Assembly: GCF_036321535.1 (NCBI RefSeq)
Contig: NC_087436.1
Coordinates: 45,200,001-45,264,000 of the forward strand
DNA: 64,000 nucleotides
From: Camelus dromedarius
Lineage: Eukaryota
Direction of reading: 5' to 3'
Both the position numbers and the translations under genes were made by a program. Below, piece by piece: positions 25,800 through 40,170 of the stretch (within the stretch, counting starts at the first letter, position 1; each line of letters opens with the position of its first letter). The notes under the pieces were generated by a model. The model made no database searches, had not been told where the DNA came from, and worked only from the letters and a program-made list of their open reading frames with translations.

Positions 25800-26900
25800 G
25801 CAGTTCTAATACACAACTCCTATTCTGCTAGTCCTCTTAGAAAAAAAGAGAAAAAAGAGGAAAGACTTTACGGTTTTGTTTATTTATCTTTTCTCAGGAG
25901 ATTGTTACTCACACCCTTCCTCCCAGTTATAATAGTTTTATTAAAGAAAGAGCTTACCTTTGTAGCAATTCTGTACTTTATGGATTGGTGAAAATTAACA
26001 GATAAATTACCCAGTAGCAATATCCTGGTTTATGCTGGTCGGTGGAAAACTCCAAGATTGTTAGGATTCTGGAAGTAGAAAAAAATACACAGCAGGGTCG
26101 AGAGACTTTGCTGTTTAAAAAAAAAAATGCTCTGGATAGAAAAATAGAGCCTCCAATTACAGCAGAGAAAACGGAAAGAAAACACTGTATAGCAATGATG
26201 AAATGAATAAAGACCAAAATGCATTCCCAAAACAGAGGCAACGAAGGCATTTTCTAGGTGGCATCTGTGTAGAGAATGAGGCTATGCTGGTGGATAAAAG
26301 AGCCGGGGTGAAATTGGAAATGGTTTTAGTTTAACTGCTCAGAGCTGCGCTCCAGCCTGGGCCGCGTGGTTTTTGCGCAAGGTCAGTCTTTCCTTAGCTA
26401 TCCTACGCGTCTGGGGAACAAGTCTCGCACGTACTCTTCTCGCCTGGGCAAAGTTTAGACCGCCCAGGGTAGAAATGGCAAGTAATTAAAATGAGAGCAC
26501 AATCTGTGGGTTCTCTGGAATCCTTCGGAAAAGCCCTCCCCCACCCCTCCGGCTTTTTTGCAGTCCCTCCCAAGTCTCCGCCGCCGCAGCGCTGGGCTCT
26601 CTCTCCCTCCGTCAGCCTCTTTCCAGACCCGCGGCTTGTCCAGCCAAGTGGGGAGTGAGGCGTGCTTTTTATAGCAGTCGGGTGCAAAGAGGAAGGGGGA
26701 TAAGAAGGAAATCGAGAATGAAAGGGAAAAGGGGGGAAAAAAGCGGATTAGGCAGCTGGTCCTGGCTGAGATGTGTAATGTGAAACATCACTGGTGTCAA
26801 CTCGGAAATCTCGGGCCAGGCCTCGCTCCAATACACAAAAGACGCCGTCTGGGGCGGCGGCGGGCCCGATGTGGATTGAGAGTGGGGTTGTGTCGGGGAC
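25800..26900. promoter_or_regulatory. Probable ASE (Nodal/FoxH1-responsive left-side enhancer) in the last intron
   Basis: FoxH1 motifs AATACACA at 25808-25815, 26084-26091 and 26830-26837, and TGTGGATT at 26870-26877; Nkx2-like CAAGTG at 26645-26650. Location matches the known Pitx2 ASE. Confidence 0.75.
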
Positions 26901-27504
26901 ACCGGACGTGGGTGGGGGCTGGCCAGCCGACTGCAAAGCCCAGCACCCGGGCTGGGTGGGCCCAGCCAGTCGGAGCGGCACCCAGCGCGCGGGCCTGGCC
27001 TGGGATGGGTGGAGGGTGTGAAGGAGCGGAGCGAAGTAAGGGGAAGGCTGCAGAGAGACTAGTTCTGGGGTCTCGGAGATTTACACGCCTAGCTCGAGGA
27101 GTTTAATGAGCTGTTGGAGAGGTGATCTTTTGCTTCTTATTTGGTTGTTTTGATAGGCGAGGAAGGGGGTCGCGGCCTGGCGCCTGTTGAGAGCGCACTT
27201 TCCGTGGAGTAGTGGGCGGCAGTGGAGATACGAGAAGGGAGGGAGTTGTATGGAGAGAGCGTGGGCTGCTGGTGCCCTCCCAGCCCCTTGTCCACACCAC
27301 TGAGTCTGTGGCTCTGGAATGCAAGCAAGTTTGCAAGGTGAACGGGGAAGGGTTGGGCCGAGAGCCCACAGCTCCGCGTTTATTTTTCAGTAAGTGTTTT
27401 TGGACCCTGAGGAGGGCCTGGGTTAGTGTACAAGCCACCCGCAGGCCGCCAGGCGTTGGGCTGGGGTTTGTGGCACAACTCAGAGCCCGGAGTCGAAGGC
27501 CTGA

Positions 27505-28242
<738 letters not shown>

Positions 28243-28930
28243 GCCGCGCCCACTGCGCCGGGATCCTAGGACCGTGCCGGAGGGGGCAGCTCTGCCCTTG
28301 AAAGACTGGGGATTACGCTAGAAGGTCGTGGGCGCTAAAGAAAGGGAGAGAAAGAGAAGACAGAAAGAAAAGGAAACCACTGAATTAAAGAAAGCTCCTT
28401 TGATTTCAAAGGAATTTCCGCAAGTTTGACATCTTTCACTAAAAGTATTTCCAACAGTTGCAAGGACACACACAAATGTTTGACTGGATATGACATTTTA
28501 ACATTACTATAAGCTTGTTATTTTTTAAGTTTAGCATTGTTAACATTAAAATGACTGAAAGGATGTATATATATCGAAATGTCAAATTAATTTTATAAAA
28601 AGCAGTTGTTAGTAATATCACAACAGTGTTTTTAAAGGTTAGGCTTTAAAATAAAGCATGTTATACAGAAGCGATTAGGATTTTTCGCTTGCGAGCAAAG
28701 GAATGTATATACTAAATGCCACACTGTATGTTTCTAACATATTATTATTATAAAAAATGTGTGAATATCAGTTTTAGAATAGTTTCTCTGGTGGATGCAA
28801 TGATGTTTCTGAAACTGCTATGTACAACCTACCCTGTGTATAACATTTCGTACAATATTATTGTTTTACTTTTCAGCAAATATGAAAAAAATGTGTTTTA
28901 TTTCATGGGAGTAAAATATACTGCATACAA
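28243..28930 (+). other. PITX2: PITX2 3'UTR, AU-rich
   Basis: Follows the stop codon, AT-rich, contains miRNA seed matches and two poly(A) signals. Confidence 0.8.
28910..28915 (+). terminator. Variant poly(A) signal AGTAAA (probable cleavage ~28930); proximal AATAAA at 28650-28655
   Basis: AGTAAA followed by CA dinucleotides and a downstream GT/T-rich tract (ttggtctggattctttctg). Confidence 0.6.
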
Positions 28931-30739
28931 ATTGGTCTGGATTCTTTCTGCCCTCCTTTGTCACCTGTCCAGGGTTTCTTAGTCACTGCTTCCTAAACAA
29001 ACCAGTTCCCTCTGCCTGCCTAGTTAAATACACAAGGCAGCAGTACTTATTTAATTTTGGTAAAAATAAATTATAGTCATTCATCAGAAACTAAAAAGAA
29101 AAAAAAAAGACACTCTCAGGGGAAAAAAAAAAAACTTGCAAAGTCTGGACTTGTCTCCCAGATTTTTGTTTGGCTTAAACCCAGAGGATTCCATTATTGC
29201 TAGCAAATAATATAAGAGGGAAAGAAGAAAGGAGAAAGAAATTTAGAAAGTACATTAGCTTGGAATGAGTCTCAAGTTTACTCTTTTGGGGGAGGGGAGA
29301 GCTGCACATCCAGTAAATCGTTCTGGAGAAGTATGAGTGTATGTATACATGTACAGTATATATACATTCCCCTCAAGAGGAATACATCAATAATAAGTTT
29401 ACAAGGAAACACCTCCAGTTCAAAATATTTAGGCCTCCACGTTTATCTTCCAGGCTTAAGTAGAGAGATTCTTCATGTTATATTACATTACTATTTCCAA
29501 ATCCTTTCAAGACATTAAAAGAAACAAAGACCATTTCTAATAACCATAGCCCTTTAGTTTCTCAAAGAGCCCAGGGGTTGAGAGGTTAGAGTGGAGTTTC
29601 CTGAGTCTTGTCGACCAATATGTAGTTGAGGCAAAGGTCATGCTCCCTGTGTTTTGTTTTAAATAATATTGACCCATTAATTCTAAACCTGCTTGTTCCT
29701 GAAATTATACAGGATTATAGTTTGCAAACTGTGGGACAATGAAGCAAATCAAGATGAATTACAGCCCTGGTCCTCCCTCCCATCCTCTGACATCTAAAAG
29801 GGGAATAAAGTCGGTGTGAGTGTTTAAAAGAACTTTAAGCACCCACTCTCCCTTTGTTGGTGGTTTTCAGCTTTTTTTTTTTTTTTTAATGTGAAATCTG
29901 ATTTTGTAACTAAGAGTAGCAAATACAACTTAGTCCCAAAGAATTCACCATGGCGCAAGGGGAGGTCGGCGTGTGTGTTGGGGGGGGGGAGCTCTGAAGT
30001 CTTTTGCCATTCGGGTCACCACCACCCATCCCCCCGCGATGGGCGAGGACAAACACCATCCAGGGGAATCGGGAACGAAAAGTAGCCGCTGGTTTTTCTG
30101 GGGCGAGAAAACCTGTGTTTTTGCGCTCAGGTTGCTTTTATCTGACTGAAACTTTACCTATAGCTTCTGGAGCTCAGACACTGAGTCTTTGTTCTGCATG
30201 AAACTGCTGCTGCCACTTAAAGAGATCACAGATAATGTCCCCGATTTAAGACCAGTGCTTAATGTACATTAACTGTCTTTCTTTTTTAAACTCTGCCTCA
30301 GACCTGCGGAGGGATCACGCGGCAGTGGAGGGCAGATAAAAGCCCTTTGGACGAGGGTCACCTCGGTCCTTGTTGTTCACTTGAGAGCAGTGGAGAGGAA
30401 AATGGTCCCCACGGGCGGACTTTGGCTTCTGGAGCCGCGGGGCTCGTCCGTCCGTGCCGCCCAGAGCCTCCGTCTGGTATGGGGGAGGGGCGGCGGGAGA
30501 AGGGACTGGGAGAGGGGATTTGGGGATGGGGAGCTGGAAGCGTTAAGGAGACCTGCTGGGAGGATTTGCGTCTGCGGGTCTAAGAGTGACCTGGGAGCGC
30601 TGGGTGCAGGAGGTGAATCTCGGCCTAGTTCGCTTGCTGAAATAGAACTCTATTTCGAAGAAATCAATCAATCTGCAGGAAACAAAAATGGAAGTCGAGG
30701 TTTGGGAAGGGTTGTCACTTCCCTGACTTGAGTGGTGCG

Positions 30740-31049
30740 GGCTGGGGGCGGAGACTCGGGACTGATGAGAGGCCCTTTCTCCCACCTCAGCTCCTTTCCC
30801 CGGACTTCCAGAAGGAAGAATTACCCTCCTCACCCTTCCCCCGCCTCCCCACACCCATCCTCCCTCGCCCGCCGGCCCCTTTCCGCACCTCCTTTTCCCT
30901 TTAAGTGAGAAAAGCCTAGTTCCCGAGCCAGCGGAGTCGGTCCCCTCGCCCCTCCCGCTCCCATGCCGGTCCCCCCCTCCAGCCATCGCTACTGCCACCA
31001 CCTCGGTTCCACTCAATCGATTTTTGCTGCATGTCAACATTTATTACCG
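30740..31049 (+). ncRNA. Candidate first exon of a PANCR-like downstream lncRNA (start uncertain)
   Basis: GC-rich promoter-like region ~2 kb past the PITX2 poly(A) site, GC box GGGGCGG near 30745, perfect donor CCG|GTGAGT at 31049/31050. Confidence 0.4.
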
Positions 31050-33849
31050 GTGAGTGTGAGGGTATTTCTTCCTCTTCTCTAGGTCTCTTAATGATTTCTG
31101 AGCTAGTTGTGTATTAAAGTGCTTAAAGGAAACTTTAAGGTAATCTATAGCATGAACACCAACCTCCTCCGCTTAGGATCAAAGATGGCGAGCGGGAGGT
31201 CGGGCCCCCAGGAGCCCGGGCCTCCCAGGCCTTCAGTCCCCCGCCGCCCACCTCTGAGCGCCCTGAGGCAGGGGGTCTGGGACAGCAACAAGCAGACAGT
31301 TCGCGGTCTAGGGGCTTTTCCTCCCTGCCCTCCTCACCTGTTACTCCAATCCTCTCTCCCGCAGGTCCTTGGTTTTTAAACTTAAAAAATTCAAGGCCCC
31401 AAACTCTTCCTTACTCTGATCCTGAATTCAAATTAATGGAGACCTGGGGAAAGGTGGATGTAGCTCACGTTTGTCTCAATTTCCTCCCAGTTCTTAAACC
31501 TGAGTTTTACAGCCCACAGCATGATTAGAAACTTAATTCTTAAAAATATCTTGGGCAGCCTGGGCCCTGTAGGCGGTTTGATTAGGAGGCAAACCCTCCC
31601 CTTCTCCTCTAGGCCCTGTTCTTTCTCCCACTCCCACCCTCTTCCTGCGAGGTGCTGAAATCCAGGAGTCCTTTCAGGAGTGTAACAAAAAAAAAGGGGG
31701 GGAGGAATAAAGAACGTCTTAAAAGTCCCAATATTCCTCGAAAGCCCCATAAATTAACCCTATGAAGAGCGGCGAGTTCTTTTAAGGAGAGTCTATAAAA
31801 ACTTGTCGCGATCTCCCAGGAGGACAACTCCCTCCCTCCCCAAACCCGGTCGAGAATGTGACCAAACAAAGGTCTGCCCTGCAATCCACAACCTAATCCA
31901 CGAGCGCCCTCGCCGCCGTCGCCAGGGCTCCCCAGCCTCCGGCGCTCACAGACGCAGCAACGCTGGGAGTCCCCGGCTCGCCGACTGAAGTTCTTGAAAG
32001 GAAAAGGGAAAACAACAATGTAATCAGATCAGAGGCCTTTATGAATATATTGATTATCCTATAGAACCCCCCTACAAGCTGCAGTTAATCTAAGCACACG
32101 GGGAAGCCAGAAACGTGGTTGACTGAGGGAAGAGAGGTCTCGGAGTAAACGGGAGAAATTTCTTATAGCAGATTTTCAGAAGGAAATTTTTTAAACTATC
32201 TATACACATTACTAATTTACTTTTTCAGGTCTTTAATCTCAAAAGTTTATTTATGACCCACCCTACTCCACCCCACCACCAAAGGAGGCCTTCTCATTGT
32301 TGCCATTCTATCTGAAAAGACAGAAACCAGAATTTATTGTGTGGAGGATACTTAACTTCATTCACTTCTGTGCCGAGTATTTTACGCATTTTATGGAAAT
32401 ATGGATTTTAGATTTTGTTTGAAGCTTAGAGAAGGCCTGCAAGAAACACAATGTCCCACTCAAGATGTATTTAATTCTACTTCATTACCTTTAAAAAAAA
32501 ATCATTTCCACTCCTGTTATAACATGCCTTGTTAGTAGTTCAGTGGCAGTTGTGGAAAGCAGAAGATACTGGAAGTTAAAGTTACTCAGCCAAAGAATGA
32601 CTAAAAGAACCATCTAAATTCCCTTTTTAAATATTTAAAAAATATTTAATAATTATATGGTAAAGGTGTTCACTTTTAGGGGATTGTGTCGGGGACTGTA
32701 TTTTTTTTTTCTTCTTCTTCTTCTTCTTCTTCTCTCAGAAGAGCTAAGAGAAGTTCAGACTCATTGGACCCTCCCTGATCAGGCTATGTGTCTGCATCCC
32801 CTGACTTTGATGGATCCTTCTAGAGCCAGTTCTCCTATTCTTCCTGCAAAAATGTTTAAGGTATTTGCCCCACCCTCGTGCTTTCTGTCTTTTTCTTTTC
32901 CTATCTTTTCCCTCTTCTGTTTTTTTCTTTTTATCCACTCCAAAGTGGGGTTTTTTGTTTGTTTGTTTGCTTGCTTGTTTTTCCTGTTCTATCAACTTAG
33001 AAAACGGACCAATGATGCTGCAACCAAATGTACCTTAGAGCGTCCTTAGAGCTTCGAGACTCCCTCTACCAATGCTTTCTCTGTCCAGAAGCAGTAGTCT
33101 TTCTGCCTCCGCCAACAGTTTGCAGCAGCGGGGGACCCGCCCCCACCCCAAACCCCCCACCCCGGCCTCCCTCAGCCGGCAGTCCTGGACAAGAACATTT
33201 ACCCTCGTCCCTCTAGGGAGATGAGACCTTGAGGCGTTTCTGCTGTCCCTAAGAAGACAGTGGAGCAGCATATGGAATGTGACTTGGAACCCAGATTAGC
33301 GGCTACCCAGTTCTTGGGTGCTTTCCCCCGTTCTGCTTGTCTCAACAGCCCCCTCATGTCTGCTTCTCTGGGTGGGTATCTGGGTGGGGTTGCTGTACCC
33401 ACATGAAGCTTGATGGCATCGTTCTCTGTCCTCCCAGATGAACTGGCAGGGCCTTCTGTAGTGTCACTGTACAGGGCCGTTTGCGTTGTGCTGACCACGG
33501 GTCTCTGTAATTCACCCCGCTGTGTGGGGGCACAGGGGGCAGGGAACGCTGTTGTGGACTGAGGTGGACACCTTGCAGGCCATCCCCAGCGCCACAAAAG
33601 GGGCTTTGCCTGCCAGAGCCCAAAGCGACAGACGACGGGTCACTTTGTCAGAAAATAAGATAATATCAAACAAAAGAAAGTAAAATAAAACCCTTCTTAT
33701 GCGGGCGCTGGGCCTCGGGGGATGTTCATTCACAGGGCTCTACTAACATCAACGCCTCCACCCTCTCCTAAAATCCATGAAATCGTAGGAGCCACTCTTA
33801 TCTGATGAGGCAGGGTCTTGTTTGTCAGTTTCTCTGACAGGGGGGAAAA

Positions 33850-35450
33850 AATCCCGCCTGCGAATACTGGGCTGCAGCTCCCGGAACGAAACTTCCCTCA
33901 TCAGCTCGGAGCCTCCTCCCCCCCTGCAGCACTGCCGGCCTGTCAACCGCCCAGCGCCAGGGGATGGCAGCCTGGACAGCTGACCGGGACCTTCTGGACC
34001 TCTGGATTCCGTGGGGACCAAGCGGCCCAGCCCTTAGAAAGACCCGCGGTGACCTCGCTCCAGCTGAACATGCCCCCAAGGGCGGCTTCGCCGTGGGCCT
34101 CACTGGCTGCCCGCACTGTGGCTCGGGCACGACCCAATCCTCCCCTTTTCTATTGACCACAACAGCTGCTTTATCTTAATGTTCATTTTTTTTGGCCGGC
34201 GACGCGGGAGAAGGGAGGTGGCAAGACTTGCCGCCTCTCATTACCCTGATGGTATTTTCAGAGGGACCCAGAGAAGTGGTGGCCCAGAGGGCAACCTACG
34301 CACCCCGCTGTGCTCCTCTCGGGTCTCCGCTATGGTGTTTGCGCGTCCCTCCGGACAACAAAACCGGAATCTGATCCGCAGCTGCCGCCGTGCGCCCACT
34401 TCCCCCCTCCTCAGCCCGCAGCCCCAGGCGAGCATCGGAGCCGGGTGCTGGAGCGGCACAGCCTGCCTCCGAGTCCCGCTGGGCCGAAGCGCCCGCCCGC
34501 GCGCCCGCCGCCCCTGCACGCGCCGCTCCCGGCCTGGGCCGCGGCGTCGTGGGCGGTCTGGACTCAGCCCGGGCACAGCCTCCCGGCTGCGCCTCCGGGG
34601 ACAAGAACTGGGCCCGGGCTTCCGACCCCCAACCCCCGCCCCCGCTCCTCTACCCTCTCAGAGTCGGCCCAGGGAGGCCCAGGCCGGAGGAGCCCCCGTC
34701 ACATCCTCCTCACCCTCTCTCGGGCTTCTGAGCCTTCACTCCCGAGCAGCCATATACCTTGAATGGGTCGTCCCCGCCTGCCTCCCTCGACCTGCCTCTC
34801 GAAGCCCTGAGGTTGAACATTAACCAGCCGGAGCTATAGAGTGGGGTAAAACGTTACATATAAAAATGAATCATCTATCCGATCCTGGGAGTGAGGACCT
34901 ATAGAGAGTTCTGCGCCGAGAGCTGCCCCGGCCAAGTCCCTGGCCCGATGCACCGACCCTTCCGGCGGCCACTTCCCCAGCGGCTGGGATTGTGTTGGGG
35001 CGGGAGGGTTAGAGGTTAACGGACCAGCATTTCTCCTTGAGTAGCTTGATACTTAGGCCTTCTAACGCAAGTGAATGTTCTTTCCTCTCACACTTGAGAT
35101 ACACAGAAAGATCTGAGACAGATTTCCTCTTTTCCAAAGGTTAGTAGGAGCAGCTGCAGTTCCAGAAGGAGTCGCTGCCCACAGGGTCCGGAACATAGTT
35201 TGGGCGGACATCTCCGGGAATCCGCCGCCAGCCCTGACGCTCTGGGTGGACCCTGGGAGGCAAGGCTGTGTGGGTAAAGAATGGAGCACCCCAGGCCGCC
35301 AGGAGCCAGAGGCGAGCCGCGAGGAGGGTGACACAGGGGATGCGGGTCCTGATCCCGAGACAGACTCTGAGCAAAGCCCCGGCCAGCGATCTGGCTGAAA
35401 TCCCAGGCTCAGGTGCCAGCCTAGCCCCCACTCCCCCGGACCCTGTCACT
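33850..35450. promoter_or_regulatory. Downstream CpG island
   Basis: High CpG density with no recognisable coding exon. Confidence 0.7.
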
Positions 35451-38400
35451 CCTACTCTCTGACCTATTTGTTTCTTTAAACATGAATATTAGAACGTTAC
35501 AGTGGTACTTCAGCACTGACTTATGTGCCCAGTCAAATGTACAGAACATATGAAAAGATAACAGCTGGAGAAGCAGTGAACCTCCTGAATTCTTGTGCCC
35601 TCACCTGGAAACATTAGCAAATCCCTGAAAAGGAAGGTCATTTCCTTCCTGTATCCCGTCTCTTTCCTTCTCCCTCATTCAAGAAAAGAGAGAAAGTAGG
35701 TGCAAACAAGAGAAAGATGTGATGTTACAAGAGCTTTCAGGAATTGCCAACCAACGCGAAGAAAAATTCTTGTACCTCTTAAGAAGACTGGTGTATTTCT
35801 ATGCAAAATAGCTGCTTTACTCAAAATAGAGTGCCTAACCTATAGTAACTTCTCAGCAAATATTTTTTGAGCAGGTAACCCCCTCCCCTTGGACCCTCCT
35901 TCTGACCTGTTCATTGAAGCAGCACCATTTTTACTGAGAGCATTCACCCGAATCTTTGTATTTAGGTGTGCAATCAAGTAGCCGTGGTGGTGTGTATGTC
36001 TGGGGTGAACTCTGCCTCATTCCACTACTCTTATGCTCATGTCTTAGCTTCTTCAAGGTCACCTGCTATTCACAGCCTGTATAGTGATCCTGAGAGTTTC
36101 AGGGGATGGGGGAGAGAGGCAACTGAGATATTGGGGAACACGGTTTTCAGACAATCAGCAAGGCATCAAGCATGTGGTGAGTACTATGCATGTGTATTAG
36201 TTGGATATTAAACAGTTCCAGAAGAAATGGCTTTGAGCTTAAGATGTAGTTAAAGGATGTCATCACTTCATGTAGTGTCAATGCTCTAACTTTAGTGCAT
36301 TCAATATTCTATGTGGTTCTCTTAGAGCAACAGAGCCCAAGTTTGTCATCACTCAGCTTTGTGTTACCCCTCTTCCCCAAGAAAAAGAGAATTGACTCAA
36401 ATGTTCTATCAGTTAGCTCCTCAGAGAGAATGAACACATCAAAGCAAATAAATAAAAAGAGGTATGAATCATACTCAGTTGCCCTCCAGTGACTTAGAGA
36501 CATAGAAAAACATAGGTAGATAAAGGACATTTACTTTTAAAGGTGTGCGTGGTTGGAAAAGGGGGTATTATAAAGGGTATTGCAGTGCTCAAACTGTCTT
36601 CTCCCCCACCAAATTACCATGTTATCTGACACCCTCAATCTATTTGTGTCCTGAGTAACAGACAGTTTGACCAAAAGGTCCTAGACTAGAGGGCTTGGGT
36701 GATTGGAAACAAGTTTGACAAGAAAGGAATCTGGGTGGGTAGAAGTGGAGAGAGGATGAGGCCACAGTGGCTGGAGAAGCCCAGCAACTGTTAAGTCTCT
36801 GCCAGACCCTGCATTCACATGAAATGCCTTGTCAGAGAACAGGGGATTAGGAAGAGCTATCAATACAGCTTCATGGGTGGGAGAAATTTACACATCTCTC
36901 CACATCCCTTTTCTTTGCCTTCCCTTTATTTACTACCTTCTTCGTGTCCTCCTCCTTTTTGCCCTTCTCCCATCTCAGGAGACTCTCCCCAGAATTCTAA
37001 ATGCTCCTGGATTATCCTTGGCTTGTCCCCTCTTTTGAGTTAAGACTTCAGATTGTTTGCAGTGTTTACTCTTCCAGATATGAAACGTTGTTTTATCCAA
37101 TCCAGAATTTACCTGTAAACCATTTGTATTCATAAATATGGAGTGCTTGTATAAATAATAAAGGTGTCAGGGCCAGTAAGTAAAGCATGCAATATGGGAA
37201 TCTGTATTTTCATAGCAACAGAGGGACTGTACTTTGCACGTTCTTTAATAAAGCCCCACTGCATGTTGGGTATCCTGGAAGGGTCAGTGAGCACACTCCT
37301 TTCATTCCAGGCAACATTACCCTTAGCATTATGACTACCAAAGTGGTAAATCTCAGCTTAGTTTACTATTCTTAGTGTGGAAGCTCCTTCTCTGCCTGAA
37401 ATCACCACCTGTAGATTTGCATACATTGTCAAAATTATGTGTTCCTGGAGAAGACAGATACCGTCCTGTGTAGAGTTTATGTGCTAATATAAGTTCCTTT
37501 CTGCATCTTTCCATATAAAAGTATTTCTCTTTCTTGTGTTATGTCCTATTGTTATTAGCTCAAGCAGTATTTTATAGAGGTTTTTCTTCTTTTTATGGTT
37601 GGAAAACACCTTTATTGTCATTCTGTAACTTTCAGATTAGGACTTGGTAGAAAGACTTCTTCCTCCACAGAAGAGCTGCCACATTTCTATCCTCCTTTGA
37701 TTTCTTTTTTTTCTAATTTCTTCCAACATCTCTCCCAGATGTAAGTCTAAATCTCACATCTCTCTCCCTTTTTAATTTTTAAAATTTCAGTTCTGGGCAC
37801 TCATTTTTCCCATACCTGAAAATTATCCCTTGTCCATACTACTCCTTTGTCGTTTACTATGTGGAGCATTTTAATGAATTAACATTTGGGGGATCATTTT
37901 CTTTTAGGTTTTTTATGGGAGCCTGGCATAACAGTTGGCAAACAGTAGATGTTCAATAAATGCCAACTGATCAAACAGTATAATTAAAACTTTGTTCACA
38001 AAAATCAAAGATCAAAGACATTAAAATCTATTTAATTGGCATGAATTAAACTTCAGATTAATTCTAATTAATTTCTAATATTTTCTCAATAAATCAGATA
38101 TTTGAAAGAATTCTATAGAAAAAATTTCAGCTTAAACTTTTTTACCACCACTTCATCTTTATGTGAGAATTTTTAGGATAATAATTCATATTGTTCATCA
38201 TTTTCATTAATGTTCATAAGACATTGGACACATTTTAATGTTTCCTGATATATCTTTATTAAAATAAACATTTAAAAATATATCTATAACGTGGGAAACG
38301 TGTGTGGTGAGGGAGACAGGGAGGAGATGTGCGTGTGTGTGGTGTGTAGTGTGTGAAGGGGGGTGAGGAGACACATAGATGACAGAATTTTCCAGTTTAC

Positions 38401-38820
38401 AATGTCACAACCTAAGATTATTTTACTAGTTGAGATTATGATCCCCAATTCTCATAGTTATTTTACACTTTTAACAACTTTACTATTCACAATATACAGT
38501 AAAACGCAGTGCATCAAAATATACTTGGACAAAGTTGTCTTTTCACTTTTGTAGTTAGAAATAAGGAAACTTGAGACGTTAAATAAAAATGTTAGTCAAC
38601 CCTAAAACAACACAAAAGTATTCGTCCAATCAGATGTTGATTAAAATCATAAGCTAAACAAACCACAGTAACTTTTTTCTGCTGATTTTTGCCCAGATAG
38701 CTTCAAATATTTTTAATTAATTTATTGGTGGCAAATATTCCTTAGATCACTTACCTCATTCACTCCCACTTTCTAGCTACTACCATAAAAATAAACACAC
38801 ATCACTACATCAATGGGTAG

Positions 38821-38866
38821 TGATGAGACAACTATGATGAGACAACTTTTGATGAGACAACTATGA
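38821..38866. repeat. Short tandem repeat, ~3 x TGATGAGACAACTA
   Basis: Directly visible. Confidence 0.85.
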
Positions 38867-39457
38867 AGCATTTAGTAATTCTTATACTAGAGAAAATATT
38901 TTGTCTTATCACACTAAATAAAGGAGCAAACAAACAAACATATATGAACAAATACGTAAATGTAGGGATTGGAATGGTAGGGTGTTAACAGTGAGGTGGG
39001 TTTTGCAGTGCCTATAGGGCTTTCAAAGACCCCAGTTTCTACTGAAGAATCACTAGTCCTGGCTTCGTTGTTTCTTAGAAGGCACTCTAGGGAGGGTTAG
39101 ATGACTGGAAATTCGAAAAATCAAGGGGAATGATGATTGGGAACTTACAAAATGTGATGGAGTAGATAGATATTTTTGATCGGCTCAGGCACTACAATCA
39201 TCATTTTAAAAAATTATCTACACACTCAAAATAGGAGGCCAATATTATTTTCACAGCACTCTACATATACTGATGCTCAGAAGTATCTTGCCTCAGGCTA
39301 CCTGGTTAGAGTAGCAGAAATGAACCTAGGATAGGACTCAAATCAGGCACAATCTGACAAGAGGCTTGTACTCCCAACCACTAAGCAAACTGCCACTGTG
39401 AAAGAATTTAGTCTTCTGCATTACTTTCTGTTGATGTGATTAGAAAATGTCATTCAT

Positions 39458-40170
39458 GACTATTACCAAAAAGTGTACAAATAACAAATGTTGGCAAGGG
39501 TGTGAAGAAAGGGGAACCCTTGTACACTGTTAGTGGGAAGGTACATTGGTGCAGACACTGGAAAACAGTATGGAGGTTTCTCAAAAACTAAAACTAGAAT
39601 TACCATATGACCCAACAATTCCACTCTTGGGTATATATCTGAAAAAAAAGAATCTACTAATTTGAAAAGATACATGCACCCCAGTGTTCATAGCAGCATT
39701 ATTTACAATTTCCAGGATATAGAAGCAACCTAAGCGTCCATAAGCAGACTAATGGATAAAGAAGACATGGTAGATATAACCAATGGAATACTACTCAGCC
39801 ATAGAAAAAGAATAAAATTTTGTCATTTGCAACAACATGGATGGACTTGTGATGCTAAGTGAAATCAGTAGGATAGAGAAAGATAAACAATCTATGAAAT
39901 CACTTATGTATGGAATCTAAAAAATATAACAAACTAGTGAATATAATAAAAAAAAAAGAAGCTGATTCACAGATATAGAGAACAAACTAGCGGTTACAAG
40001 TGGGTAGGGGGAGCGGGAATATAGGTGTGAGGAAGTTGAAGGTACAAACTACTGGATGTAAGACAGGCTCATGGATGTATTGTACAACACAGAATATAGC
40101 TGATATTTTGTAACAAGTATAAATGGAAAGTAATCTTTAAAAATTGTATAAAATTAAAAAATTTTTAAAA
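39458..40170 (+). mobile_element. 5'-truncated LINE-1 (end of ORF2 plus 3'UTR) with a ~16 bp TSD
   Basis: Classic L1 text (ataacaaatgttggcaagg...ccatatgacccaacaattccactcttgggtatatatc...atggaatactactcagcc). TSD agaaaatgtcattcat (39442-39457) / agaaaataccatttat (40171-40186). Confidence 0.92.

Noticed and set aside
34179..34823. 214-aa ORF and overlapping ORFs in the downstream CpG island
   Set aside because: Low-complexity GC-driven frames open on both strands, with no recognisable homology
38821..38866. CRISPR-like direct repeats
   Set aside because: Eukaryotic context, contiguous 14-bp units and no spacers
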